A DNA stretch of 56,818 bases from a virus (Duplodnaviria; Caudoviricetes): the IMG/VR virus record IMGVR_UViG_3300042197_002516, positions 1-56,818 of that record; one strand, 5' to 3'. The notes beneath the pieces were generated by a model. That model worked only from the letters and a program-made list of their open reading frames with translations, searched no databases and had not been told where the DNA came from. The position numbers and the translations under genes were made by a program. Within the stretch, counting starts at the first letter, position 1, and each line of letters begins with the position of its first letter. This document shows positions 1-8,468 of this stretch, piece by piece.

Positions 1-2
1 GT

Positions 3-263
3 GGTAATTTATGTAAATTACTATCTCCGACGTTTGGAAATCATGCTGTACTATTTAATAGTAGAGGGATAAATAAGGTATTAAATAACAAGAATAAATT
101 ATGTATAGAAGAAAAATATTTTAAATCCCTAGATAATTTTTACGCTGTTAATCTAGATCACACTATGGCTTTTCAGACCGGCGAAGATTCAGATATACTG
201 GAAACAAGTATTATAAACGAGTACAAAAACTTTTATGAAAAATACAAACATCTGCATAGTTAG
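3..263 (+). CDS. 3' end of a gene truncated by the window edge, possibly a family 25-like glycosyltransferase
   Basis: Frame 3 is open from base 3 to TAG at 261-263 (GNLCKLLSPTFGNHAVLFN...MAFQTGEDSDILE...HLHS). HAVLFN and AFQxxxxSDI resemble GT25 C-terminal motifs. Not in the ORF track. Confidence 0.45.
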   Translation, partial: GNLCKLLSPTFGNHAVLFNSRGINKVLNNKNKLCIEEKYFKSLDNFYAVNLDHTMAFQTGEDSDILETSIINEYKNFYEKYKHLHS

Positions 264-1071
264 ACCAACTTATTATGACAGATCAGCAATGCTACAACTC
301 TCTTTAGAGTATCAAAAAGATGTTACTAATTCTCAAAATTTTACAACTTACATTTTTGTTGATCCTCACAATAAACACGGCGTAGTATCAGATTATGACA
401 AAGTTATAACTGACGAATATAATAGAATAGACTGGTCTAAAAATAGCGGTAAATACTCTTGGTATGACGCTGTTAAATATATATTTTATAACACAAATTA
501 CGACCACATTTTAAGTATAGAAGATGATGTGTTAATCAGCAAAGATTATCTAAGATTGTGCGAGCAGCTGTATCGTGATGGAGCATTAACTAAAGACGAT
601 AATATATTGTATTTCCATATTGGAGCGTGGGAAAAACCAAAGGGTAATTCAAATAGAATAGTTAGAAGTGGAAATTCTATCAGATCTTGTATGATAAGTA
701 GATTTAAATTTTACAAATATGTTGAACCATACTTTAATTTTTTAAAATTAAAAAATAAAACAATATCGGGATTAGATATAGATTTAAACAATATACTAAA
801 AAATCATAATATGATCACCATAGCCCCAGAAACTAATCGTCATGCTCACGTAGGAATATACGGCTGGAGCGCAAATCATATTCATGGTGATAATAATGGA
901 CAATCTTCACTATTTGAGAAACCGTTAACCCACGAAGAACTATACTCGTTACTTAAACAAAACTGCTTATCTGGAGATGGTTTACGAAAATTAAATAAAA
1001 ATAACAACCCAGACTATTTTTGGGATTTTGATCCAAATATAAATTTTACCAAGTTGGAATACGTCTTATAA
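235..1071 (+). CDS. GT-A fold glycosyltransferase-like protein
   Basis: N-terminal beta strand with PTYYDR, an acidic ILSIEDDVL motif and a late HVGIYG motif, typical of GT-A enzymes; neighbours are glycosyltransferases. Confidence 0.7.
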   Translation: MKNTNICIVRPTYYDRSAMLQLSLEYQKDVTNSQNFTTYIFVDPHNKHGVVSDYDKVITDEYNRIDWSKNSGKYSWYDAVKYIFYNTNYDHILSIEDDVLISKDYLRLCEQLYRDGALTKDDNILYFHIGAWEKPKGNSNRIVRSGNSIRSCMISRFKFYKYVEPYFNFLKLKNKTISGLDIDLNNILKNHNMITIAPETNRHAHVGIYGWSANHIHGDNNGQSSLFEKPLTHEELYSLLKQNCLSGDGLRKLNKNNNPDYFWDFDPNINFTKLEYVL

Positions 1072-1196
1072 TGAAATACCAAAGACCAGGATATACCGAA
1101 ACAACCCTAATGTTTTGTGAATATCTAAAAGTAGACAAACCAAAATAGAGCTAATAATAAACACTGGAGCACTTTGTGTAAAGAAATAAGTTTTAT

Positions 1197-3344
1197 ATGA
1201 AATGGATCAGCTCACCACAACTCGTTAAATTAGTAGAGACTTATTCTTTTTTAATACCAAAGGATTTCGACTATCAATTTTATATAGAATATCATCCAGA
1301 TTTACAACAAGCTTGTATAGACGATGAAGACAAAGCTAAACAGCACTATTTATTATTTGGTATTAATGAAAATAGACCATATAAAAAAATACAAATAGAT
1401 CAAGATCTAAAAATACAAGAACACAAACCAGAATTTTGGAGCTATTCTAAAAACTTACTATATTTCTCCCCTAATGCTCCAGATTATGACAAAAGTAGCG
1501 GAGGCAATAGGCTATTAGAAATTCTTAAAATACTTAAGAATGATCTAAAATATAATGTATATTTTTTATGTAATGTAACTAATGATCAAAAATATTTAAA
1601 TATTCTTAAACAAATAAATATTTTAACTTATTTACCAGATACCAAAAAAGAACTCTATCATGACCAAACAATAAAACAATTACAGCAACAAAATATATTT
1701 TTTGACTATGCTATTTTTTCGTGGTTTGATATGGCAGTGCAATATGTGGATATTGTTAAAGAGTATTATCCAAGATGTAAAATTATAGTAGATAGTGTTG
1801 ATGTTCACTGGCTAAGAGAAAGTAGGGGTGCCAAAGATCAAAAAATAAAAATTTCTGAAGACTTATTAAATTATAAAAAAGAATTAGAAAAAAAGACGTA
1901 TAGTGAGGCTGATGTTGTATTTGCAGTAACAGAAAACGATAAAAGAGAAATACAAAAAGAAATAGGTTATCATAACAATGTTAAAATACTAAGCAACATA
2001 CACAAAAAAGAAAATATAACTTTGGGTAAAGATATATTTTTTATTGGAAATTATAATCATGGACCAAATGTTGATGGTGCTTTGAGATGCATAGAGTTAT
2101 ACAAAAAATTTCAAAAAACGAATACTTACAAAAAATTAAGATACAAACCCAAATTATATCTTGCTGGTTCTGATGCTAATAAAGATATAAAACTAGCCTC
2201 ACAACAAGAAGGAGTACAATTATTAGGACATATTCACTCTTTAACAGATTTGTATTCTAAGTGCTGTTTATTATTAACTCCTTTAAACTGGGGAGCTGGA
2301 ATAAAAGGAAAAATTTGTGATGCTGGGATGTGCGGAGTGCCGATTTTAACATCAAACATTGGCAATGAAGGTATAAATTTTGTTCATAAAAATAGTGCTT
2401 TAATAGCAAATACTGATGAAGAATTTATAGAAAGTATGGAATATTTTTTCAATCTATCAAAAAAAGCAAAAATAGAGTTAGGATTAGCGGCACAAAATCA
2501 CCTAGATAAAATCGTATCAGTGGAGGCCGCAAAAAATGTATTAGAACACACCCTAAAATCTAAACATGTAATCATTAGCATTGTTGCTTATAGCCAAACA
2601 GAAAAACTAGCTAACTGTTTAGACAGCATATTATCCAAAACTAAGTATGATAATTATTCTATAGTTATATCAGACAATAGTTCTAGTAATAAAATTAAAA
2701 ATTATATTAAACCATATCTAACAAAATATAAAAATAAAATTAGATACATTAAAAATAAAAAAAATCTTTACTTTATAGAAGCAAATAACAACATATTGAA
2801 AGATCCTTTGTATAGAGACTCAGATGTTGTCCTATTAAATGATGATATAGAAATATTATCAGAATATTGGCTTAATTATTTATATGGTTCAGCGTACAGT
2901 GCGGATTATATAGCATGTGTTGGAGGTAAAAGCATATACCCAAATGGATTATTAGCCGAAGCTGGGGCAGAATTATATAATGATGGGTCTGGAAGAAATA
3001 TCGGCAGAGGTCAAGATCCCAACAATAATGAATACAACATACCGAAATATGTTGGTTATTGTTCTGGGTGTTTGTTGTATATGAGAAGAGATGCTATTAA
3101 AAAAATTGGAGTTCTAGACTCTTCTTTAGAGAAAATGTATTATGAAGATAGTGAGTGGCAGTATAGGGCTCATATCAATGGATTAAAAACATTGTACGAA
3201 CCTAGATGCGAAATCATACACGACGAAGGATCTTCTAGCGGCAACGATACTAGCAAAGGGGCAAAAAAATACCAAGAAATAAATAAAAAGTTGTTTCTAG
3301 AAAAATTTAAAAATTTAGATATAGAACAATATAATAATTCTTAA
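1197..3344 (+). CDS. Bifunctional glycosyltransferase (GT-B/GT4-like fused to GT2), with an N-terminal FDxxFYxxxxPDL module
   Basis: PDYDKSSGGNR, DSVDVHWLRE and PLNWGAGIKGKICDA mark the GT4-like half. ISDNSS, LLNDD, YCSGCLLYMRR, YYEDSEW and HDEGSS mark the GT2 half. Confidence 0.88.
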   Translation: MKWISSPQLVKLVETYSFLIPKDFDYQFYIEYHPDLQQACIDDEDKAKQHYLLFGINENRPYKKIQIDQDLKIQEHKPEFWSYSKNLLYFSPNAPDYDKSSGGNRLLEILKILKNDLKYNVYFLCNVTNDQKYLNILKQINILTYLPDTKKELYHDQTIKQLQQQNIFFDYAIFSWFDMAVQYVDIVKEYYPRCKIIVDSVDVHWLRESRGAKDQKIKISEDLLNYKKELEKKTYSEADVVFAVTENDKREIQKEIGYHNNVKILSNIHKKENITLGKDIFFIGNYNHGPNVDGALRCIELYKKFQKTNTYKKLRYKPKLYLAGSDANKDIKLASQQEGVQLLGHIHSLTDLYSKCCLLLTPLNWGAGIKGKICDAGMCGVPILTSNIGNEGINFVHKNSALIANTDEEFIESMEYFFNLSKKAKIELGLAAQNHLDKIVSVEAAKNVLEHTLKSKHVIISIVAYSQTEKLANCLDSILSKTKYDNYSIVISDNSSSNKIKNYIKPYLTKYKNKIRYIKNKKNLYFIEANNNILKDPLYRDSDVVLLNDDIEILSEYWLNYLYGSAYSADYIACVGGKSIYPNGLLAEAGAELYNDGSGRNIGRGQDPNNNEYNIPKYVGYCSGCLLYMRRDAIKKIGVLDSSLEKMYYEDSEWQYRAHINGLKTLYEPRCEIIHDEGSSSGNDTSKGAKKYQEINKKLFLEKFKNLDIEQYNNS

Positions 3345-3356
3345 ATTCAAAAACTT

Positions 3357-3386
3357 TTGACACGGCCCAACCTCGCACGATATAAT
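3357..3386 (+). promoter_or_regulatory. Consensus sigma70 promoter, probably giving a leaderless mRNA
   Basis: TTGACA (3357-3362), 18-nt spacer, TATAAT (3381-3386). The ATG at 3393 falls at the expected +1. Confidence 0.75.
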
Positions 3387-3392
3387 ATTGGA

Positions 3393-3542
3393 ATGACAGA
3401 GAACAACAGACCGTCGTGGACCGATTATTTTTTAGGATTGGCTAAAGTTGTTTCTCAACGCAGTCATGATATTCACACTAAGCATGGTTGTGTAATTACG
3501 GATAAAAATTTCAGACAATGGCTCGATAAATATTATGTATGA
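3393..3542 (+). pseudogene. Truncated dCMP deaminase N-terminus fused to an unrelated short tail
   Basis: RPSWTDYFLGLAKVVSQRSHDIHTKHGCVITD is 30/32 aa identical to the start of the gene at 8001. The HAE and CxxC catalytic motifs are missing. Confidence 0.8.
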
Positions 3543-3635
3543 TTCCATAATAAATCATGACTAAAAAATTAAAGTTTTATAATTTACACACAGAAAAATA
3601 TGAGCGATAGTCCTATTGATAACAAAGAAATGATA

Positions 3636-3822
3636 GGCCAATCCTCGTCGATGTCACCCGATCCGCGACTTCAACGCTCGGCCACCTCTCAGTGCTTGCC
3701 ATAGGGTACAGCAAGATATTGGCGTGGAAGTGAGCGGGTCGTAGGGAAACCGCTGCACGAGCGACTCCCAGCCCTCCGCTGCGAGATCCCATTAATCCCG
3801 ATTCTGGATCGCCGCGGCTGGA
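3636..3822. other. GC-rich island, probably foreign DNA (decayed gene fragment) or a structured RNA
   Basis: Hand count gives 109/180 G+C (about 60%) over 3641-3820, against a strongly AT-rich background. Confidence 0.7.
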
Positions 3823-3865
3823 AATCAAACAGTGCTTTTAGATGACTATAAATAATAATCATAAT

Positions 3866-3874
3866 GGTGTATAT
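3866..3874 (+). promoter_or_regulatory. GGTGTAT(A/T)T motif, candidate phage promoter element
   Basis: Intergenic, 30 nt upstream of ATG 3896. The same motif is in the intergenic gaps at 6822 and 11718. Confidence 0.45.
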
Positions 3875-3895
3875 GCATAATATGAGGTACAAACC

Positions 3896-4276
3896 ATGAA
3901 AACTAAACCGAGTTATCGTACTAGCGAGTTTTGGTTTACTTTAGTAAGCTTTATATTTAGTGGTCTATTTTTATTAGGAGTTATAGGAGAGAACGACCAA
4001 AAAGAAGAATTAATAAGAGATATTAGTCATGGTGTGGAAAGCGTTATTCTTATAGCCGGTCAAGCAGCTATTTTGTATAAGTATATTCATAGTAGAAAAG
4101 AGTTAAAACAATTACCAAGTGAGGAGAATAAAAATGAACCAGAACCAAAACCCCAACCCGAACATCAAAACGATAGTGCCGCTAACAAGCCGAGATCTAA
4201 TAAGAGAGGAAGTAGAAAAACTAGTAGCAAAAACAAAAGAAGGACTAAAAACAGTTCAAAGAATAGCACTAGCTGA
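3896..4276 (+). CDS. Holin-like membrane protein
   Basis: KPSYRTSEFW start resembles the KPGxKTSEFW motif of small phage holin-like proteins; two hydrophobic segments; basic C-terminal tail; GAGG upstream. Confidence 0.5.
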   Translation: MKTKPSYRTSEFWFTLVSFIFSGLFLLGVIGENDQKEELIRDISHGVESVILIAGQAAILYKYIHSRKELKQLPSEENKNEPEPKPQPEHQNDSAANKPRSNKRGSRKTSSKNKRRTKNSSKNSTS

Positions 4277-4577
4277 AGCTTGGAAGCTTTTACAATTAGC
4301 AACAGCAAGTGTAATACAAGTTATTGAAGCTATTGGTAGCGACTTAAGTAGCCCCGAAAAAAAATTATTAGCTATGGAATTGCTAGGAAGCTTTTATGAT
4401 AAAATATTCGTGGTGATAGATATACCTTTAGTACCGAATGTTTTGGAACCTCTAATCCACAAATATGTTAAAGCTGTTTTAATGATACTAGTTTCTAGCA
4501 CTATCGACGCTCTTGTAACAACTTTTAGAGAAATTGGTGTATTTATTAAGAAAGAAAGCTCTCCAACCCAATCTTAA
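4134..4577 (+). CDS. Hypothetical helical protein
   Basis: GAGGAG SD at 4121-4126 supports ATG 4134. Overlaps the upstream ORF by 143 nt. Confidence 0.7.
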   Translation: MNQNQNPNPNIKTIVPLTSRDLIREEVEKLVAKTKEGLKTVQRIALAEAWKLLQLATASVIQVIEAIGSDLSSPEKKLLAMELLGSFYDKIFVVIDIPLVPNVLEPLIHKYVKAVLMILVSSTIDALVTTFREIGVFIKKESSPTQS

Positions 4578-4592
4578 AATAGTGAGGAAATT

Positions 4593-4964
4593 ATGAATCC
4601 CTTAGAAAGTTTCGGCGAATTTAGCAGCAAACTAACAAACACAGATCTTATGCTTTATGCTGGCGTTGCGGTAATATTGTGGGTTCTTTTTAAAGACAAG
4701 CTGGGTGGAGTTACTCAAGCTATTAAAAATCTATTAGGCAATAATAGGTCAAGTGTGGTTCCTGGTATTGTAGTATCACAACCAACAACAGAAGAAGCTT
4801 CGGATACCGATCTCTTTTTTGAACTAATAGCTTCGTGGAAGAAAACACGAGACTTGGCAGAAAAGTCCGGGTGTGTAGAGGCTGTTGATGCTGTGGATCA
4901 GTTGTTCCCTCACTTAAGCCCAGTCACTTGTAAGGGTCATAAAGATGAATCAGTCAAAGAATAA
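4593..4964 (+). CDS. Hypothetical membrane-anchored protein
   Basis: GAGGA SD; one TM segment (LMLYAGVAVILWVLF). Confidence 0.7.
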   Translation: MNPLESFGEFSSKLTNTDLMLYAGVAVILWVLFKDKLGGVTQAIKNLLGNNRSSVVPGIVVSQPTTEEASDTDLFFELIASWKKTRDLAEKSGCVEAVDAVDQLFPHLSPVTCKGHKDESVKE

Positions 4965-5427
4965 CGGATATACTATTTTATTGATTTTGGGAGGATTACT
5001 AATTCTTATAGGATTGGTGAGTCCAAATCTTGGTAAATTATCTATCTTGGACAACTCTAATGCAACGTATGTTAAACCATCAGATCCGGTACTATTACAG
5101 TTAACGGAGTCTGTGGTTTCTTCTCTAGGAAATGGAGGGGATGATGCTTTAGCTTTGGCAAATTTATATAATGATATTGCTACTCTGATAGAAATAGATC
5201 AAGATATTATAAAAAATACAGAAGAGATTAGAGAAGCTAATCGTATCAGTGGACATATGTTAAATCTTGGTATTAAAGATAAATATCCTAATTTAGGAGA
5301 ATCTGCTAATAAGTTAGTGGTTACCTATATTGGTGATGACAATGCGGCGCTATCTCCAGAATTAAGAAAAAAAAGCGTGGAAGCTTTTAGAGCTTTAGCA
5401 TGGGCTTGTCGTGAAGGATCTAAATAA
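4945..5427 (+). CDS. Hypothetical membrane-anchored or secreted protein
   Basis: N-terminal hydrophobic segment ILLILGGLLILIGLV, then a soluble helical domain. Confidence 0.7.
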   Translation: MNQSKNNGYTILLILGGLLILIGLVSPNLGKLSILDNSNATYVKPSDPVLLQLTESVVSSLGNGGDDALALANLYNDIATLIEIDQDIIKNTEEIREANRISGHMLNLGIKDKYPNLGESANKLVVTYIGDDNAALSPELRKKSVEAFRALAWACREGSK

Positions 5428-5429
5428 TT

Positions 5430-6353
5430 ATGCCTAGATATTCACCCAAAACATTATTTGATATGTATCGAAATGGTTTTTCTGGGTGTTTATATGAACC
5501 AGAGCATATGGAGAATCTATTAAATCATTTAAAATATGCATATTTTAGTGATGCCAATAATGCTATCAAAGGTACAGGAAAAGGTAAGCTAAGCACACCA
5601 TTCCGTTCCGTATTAAAATTTGATAAACTAGCTTATGAAGAGAGACAAACTACTGGGGATTGTGTAAGTCATGGTACGCGTAATGCTGTAGATTTAACTA
5701 GAGCAGTAGAAATACATATTGGACACGAAAGAGAAGCATGGATAGCTAGGGGAGCAACGGAACCCATCTATGGTAGTAGAGGTCATGGTGGTCAGGGCAT
5801 GAGTTGTAGTCGTGCCGCTGAATTTGTTAGTAATACTGGTGGTTTTTTAGTAAGAAAAAATTATGACGGCATTATTGATCTCAGTAAATATAATAGTAGT
5901 ATTGGTAGTAGATGGGGTAGCGTTGGTGTTCCAGAACAAGTTAAAAAAATTGCACAAAAACATCAAATCAAAACTGTTTCTAATATTAGAACAATAGAAG
6001 AAGCTAGAGATGCTTTAGCTAATGGTTATGGTGTCAATGTATGCTCTGGATATGGGTTTTCTAGAACACGAGATGATAAAGGAATAGCTAAGCCAAGTGG
6101 AGGATGGAGTCATTCTATGGCTTGGATAGCTTGTGATGACACAGGCAAAGAACCTTTATTTCTTGTACAAAATAGTTGGGGTAAATGGAATGATGGTGGT
6201 CATCCTGCTTGGGGTAAAATACCAGACGGTTCATTTTTAATTACGTCGGATGTTGCTGCTGGAATGTTAAAAGCTGGTGGCTCTTTTGCTTTTAGCGCCT
6301 TCGATGGATTTCCTTTACAAAAACTGCCCGATTACGGATTTGATTATTTATGA
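5430..6353 (+). CDS. Papain-like cysteine peptidase (C1 family)
   Basis: QTTGDCV (oxyanion Gln and catalytic Cys), WSHSM (His), VQNSWG (Asn). Confidence 0.88.
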   Translation: MPRYSPKTLFDMYRNGFSGCLYEPEHMENLLNHLKYAYFSDANNAIKGTGKGKLSTPFRSVLKFDKLAYEERQTTGDCVSHGTRNAVDLTRAVEIHIGHEREAWIARGATEPIYGSRGHGGQGMSCSRAAEFVSNTGGFLVRKNYDGIIDLSKYNSSIGSRWGSVGVPEQVKKIAQKHQIKTVSNIRTIEEARDALANGYGVNVCSGYGFSRTRDDKGIAKPSGGWSHSMAWIACDDTGKEPLFLVQNSWGKWNDGGHPAWGKIPDGSFLITSDVAAGMLKAGGSFAFSAFDGFPLQKLPDYGFDYL

Positions 6354-6574
6354 AACAAGACAAAGTAGACTATTGGGTTTTTAGAAATCTATTAAAAGTT
6401 ATTATAGACTCACTAATCCTCTTACTAAACTTATTAAGACCTAAAGAACCTGTTAAGCCAAAGCCCAACAAACCAAATAAACCAATATTTCCTTTACCAG
6501 AAAAGCCCTGGTTTCCTTGGCTTAGGAAAAATATTATAGATAATGTCATCAGTACAAATTCTAAAAAAGATTAA
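6350..6574 (+). CDS. Small hypothetical protein, hydrophobic then Pro/Lys-rich
   Basis: ATGA overlap with the peptidase stop codon. Confidence 0.55.
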   Translation: MKQDKVDYWVFRNLLKVIIDSLILLLNLLRPKEPVKPKPNKPNKPIFPLPEKPWFPWLRKNIIDNVISTNSKKD

Positions 6575-6580
6575 ATTATT

Positions 6581-6808
6581 ATGAGCAAACTAATATTAAT
6601 AGGTTTTCTGAGTGTTGGTCTTTGGTTTTCATTAGGACCAAAAGTATCCTCATTATCTATTGTAACATTAGTAGGAGCGCATATTAAAGCTAAAGATACT
6701 CCTATTAATAGTAAATATCTAAGAAAAGATTGTCCTGTTTGCAAAGGAAAGGGATGGTATATTAGTGGCGACGGAATAGAAAAAGTAGACTGTGGGTATT
6801 GTGAATAG
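6581..6808 (+). CDS. Small secreted or membrane protein with a DnaJ-type zinc finger
   Basis: Signal-like N-terminus; CPVCKGKG ... CGYC. Confidence 0.65.
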   Translation: MSKLILIGFLSVGLWFSLGPKVSSLSIVTLVGAHIKAKDTPINSKYLRKDCPVCKGKGWYISGDGIEKVDCGYCE

Positions 6809-6821
6809 TTAAGCTATAGAT

Positions 6822-6830
6822 GGTGTATTT
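6822..6830 (+). promoter_or_regulatory. GGTGTAT(A/T)T motif
   Basis: ctatagatGGTGTATTT, intergenic, 53 nt before ATG 6875. Confidence 0.45.
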
Positions 6831-6874
6831 TAACGACAGTTAATCAAATTTCACAAACCTATGTAGATGCTATA

Positions 6875-7624
6875 ATGAAAATATTATTATCACAAGTTAA
6901 TACAAAAATTTATCCTCATAAAATTAATAAAAGAATATTAACAAATATTGTATCAGACTTATTCAGTAAATTAAATCAATGCTATAATCATGAATTATCT
7001 CATATTTTACATAAAGACAAAAGAGAAAAAAGACTTTGTGAGATAGTTCATACACATTGTTTTAACGGTACTGCAACCACAAAGAAAGCAATAAAAAATA
7101 CCCTTAAAAAACATTTGAGTGATCCACAATATACTAAATTTGGTTTACAACTAATATATGCTATATTAGAAATTGGAGTAGATATTACATCTGACAATTC
7201 CATGCTATTAATAGAGGAGAGTAAGTTTATGAATATTGATCCGAAGCTTGAAGCTATAGCTAATAAAGTTATGGATAAAATGGATTTGTCCAGCAATGAG
7301 AAATATGGAAATATTATTTTAGTTATCATGATAGTAGGAATAATACTATCATTAGTAAGAGTTATTCAAGAATGTAATAAATCTAAGCTAAATATTTTTA
7401 GCGTTAGAGACAAAGCTAAATTTATGAAAGATGAGATGAATAGTATGTGTATCTCTAGAACATTTTTTAATAAATGGAGACTCAAAAAAATCATCAAAGA
7501 AAAACTTAATTCAGAGGATTATAAGCTATATGGAACTAAATTACGAGAAGCTATTCTAGACACTGGTATAGATTTAACAGAAGAAGAGTCTTATGCTTTA
7601 ATGGAGGCTGTCAACAATGCTTAG
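6875..7624 (+). CDS. Hypothetical membrane protein (possible internal start at 7229)
   Basis: TM segment IILVIMIVGIILSLV; GAGGAG SD precedes the in-frame ATG at 7229. Confidence 0.65.
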   Translation: MKILLSQVNTKIYPHKINKRILTNIVSDLFSKLNQCYNHELSHILHKDKREKRLCEIVHTHCFNGTATTKKAIKNTLKKHLSDPQYTKFGLQLIYAILEIGVDITSDNSMLLIEESKFMNIDPKLEAIANKVMDKMDLSSNEKYGNIILVIMIVGIILSLVRVIQECNKSKLNIFSVRDKAKFMKDEMNSMCISRTFFNKWRLKKIIKEKLNSEDYKLYGTKLREAILDTGIDLTEEESYALMEAVNNA

Positions 7625-7874
7625 TCTATTCATATGGACAATATATGGAGTTATAGTAGGCTCTATATCCAAAGCTATAGTTCCAGGAGAAGAAAACTTT
7701 GGCTTCGTTAAAACTGTAGCAGTCGGTGTTGCCGGATCGTATCTAGGCGGCGCCATTTTATATCTATTAGGCAAGAGTACAGACCTAGAACCATCCGGAA
7801 TGTTTATGGGTATAGCAGGCGGTACGTTGGCTATTGTATTATACAATAAGCTTACTAAAGAATCCCGAGCATGA
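7617..7874 (+). CDS. GlsB/YeaQ/YmgE-like (transglycosylase-associated) membrane protein
   Basis: 85 aa, three TM segments, GxIVGxIxKAIVPG...GVAGSYLGG...GIAGG pattern. Confidence 0.8.
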   Translation: MLSLFIWTIYGVIVGSISKAIVPGEENFGFVKTVAVGVAGSYLGGAILYLLGKSTDLEPSGMFMGIAGGTLAIVLYNKLTKESRA

Positions 7875-7947
7875 TACTATCTGTTTAGCCTTAAGAGGCT
7901 CAATACTAACCTTATAGCCTATCCTCTATTTGCCATAGTGTTGTCTC

Positions 7948-7976
7948 TTGACATATGGTCTCTCGGTACGTATAAT
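7948..7976 (+). promoter_or_regulatory. Consensus sigma70 promoter
   Basis: TTGACA (7948-7953), 17-nt spacer, TATAAT (7971-7976); AGGAG SD and ATG 8001 follow. Confidence 0.85.
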
Positions 7977-8000
7977 TTACGTATCAATAGGAGTTGCTGG

Positions 8001-8468
8001 ATGAGACCATCATGGACAGATTATTTTTTAGGTTTGGCAAAAGTAGTAGCCCAGCGCAGTCATGATATACACACTCAGCACGGTTGCGTAATTACAGACT
8101 CATCGCATAGAGTTATAGGATTAGGATATAATGGTTTTCCTAGAGGACTTAATGATGAAAAGTTACCAACACAAAGACCAGATAAATATCCATGGATGAT
8201 TCATGCAGAAAGAAATGCTTTGTCTAATTGTGTTGCTCGCCCAGATAAGGGCATTGCTTATGTTACTGGTCAATGTTGCAATGACTGTATTATGGCCTTA
8301 TGGCAAGAGGGGGTGTCTACTGTGTATATGATCGATGATCATGGCACTCATTTATTCGATCAAGCCGCTCAGGAAAGATTTGATACGTTTGTTAAAATGA
8401 GTGGCATACAAATCATAAAAACAAATCCAAATTTTTCTTGGTTGCATAATCTATGCGGTGTACTATGA
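8001..8468 (+). CDS. dCMP deaminase
   Basis: GYNGFPRG, HAERNA and CNDC zinc motifs. Start moved to ATG 8001 on the basis of the SD and promoter. Confidence 0.93.
   Translation: MRPSWTDYFLGLAKVVAQRSHDIHTQHGCVITDSSHRVIGLGYNGFPRGLNDEKLPTQRPDKYPWMIHAERNALSNCVARPDKGIAYVTGQCCNDCIMALWQEGVSTVYMIDDHGTHLFDQAAQERFDTFVKMSGIQIIKTNPNFSWLHNLCGVL

Noticed and set aside
1071-1148. 25-aa mini-ORF (MKYQRPGYTETTLMFCEYLKVDKPK), and a similar 17-aa ORF near 3557-3610
   Set aside because: They may be gene remnants but are too short to support without homology searches.
3636-3822. tRNA or tmRNA in the GC-rich island
   Set aside because: I found no T-loop (GTTC-A) or cloverleaf pattern on either strand by eye.
3613-3892. 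Minus-strand ORFs 3613-3828 and 3689-3892 as real genes
   Set aside because: They are antisense to the local gene flow, lack an SD, and stay open mainly because of the high GC. The protein-like signal is spread over three frames.
7887-7900. Hairpin agcct-taag-aggct as a terminator
   Set aside because: Only a 5-bp stem and no U-tract.
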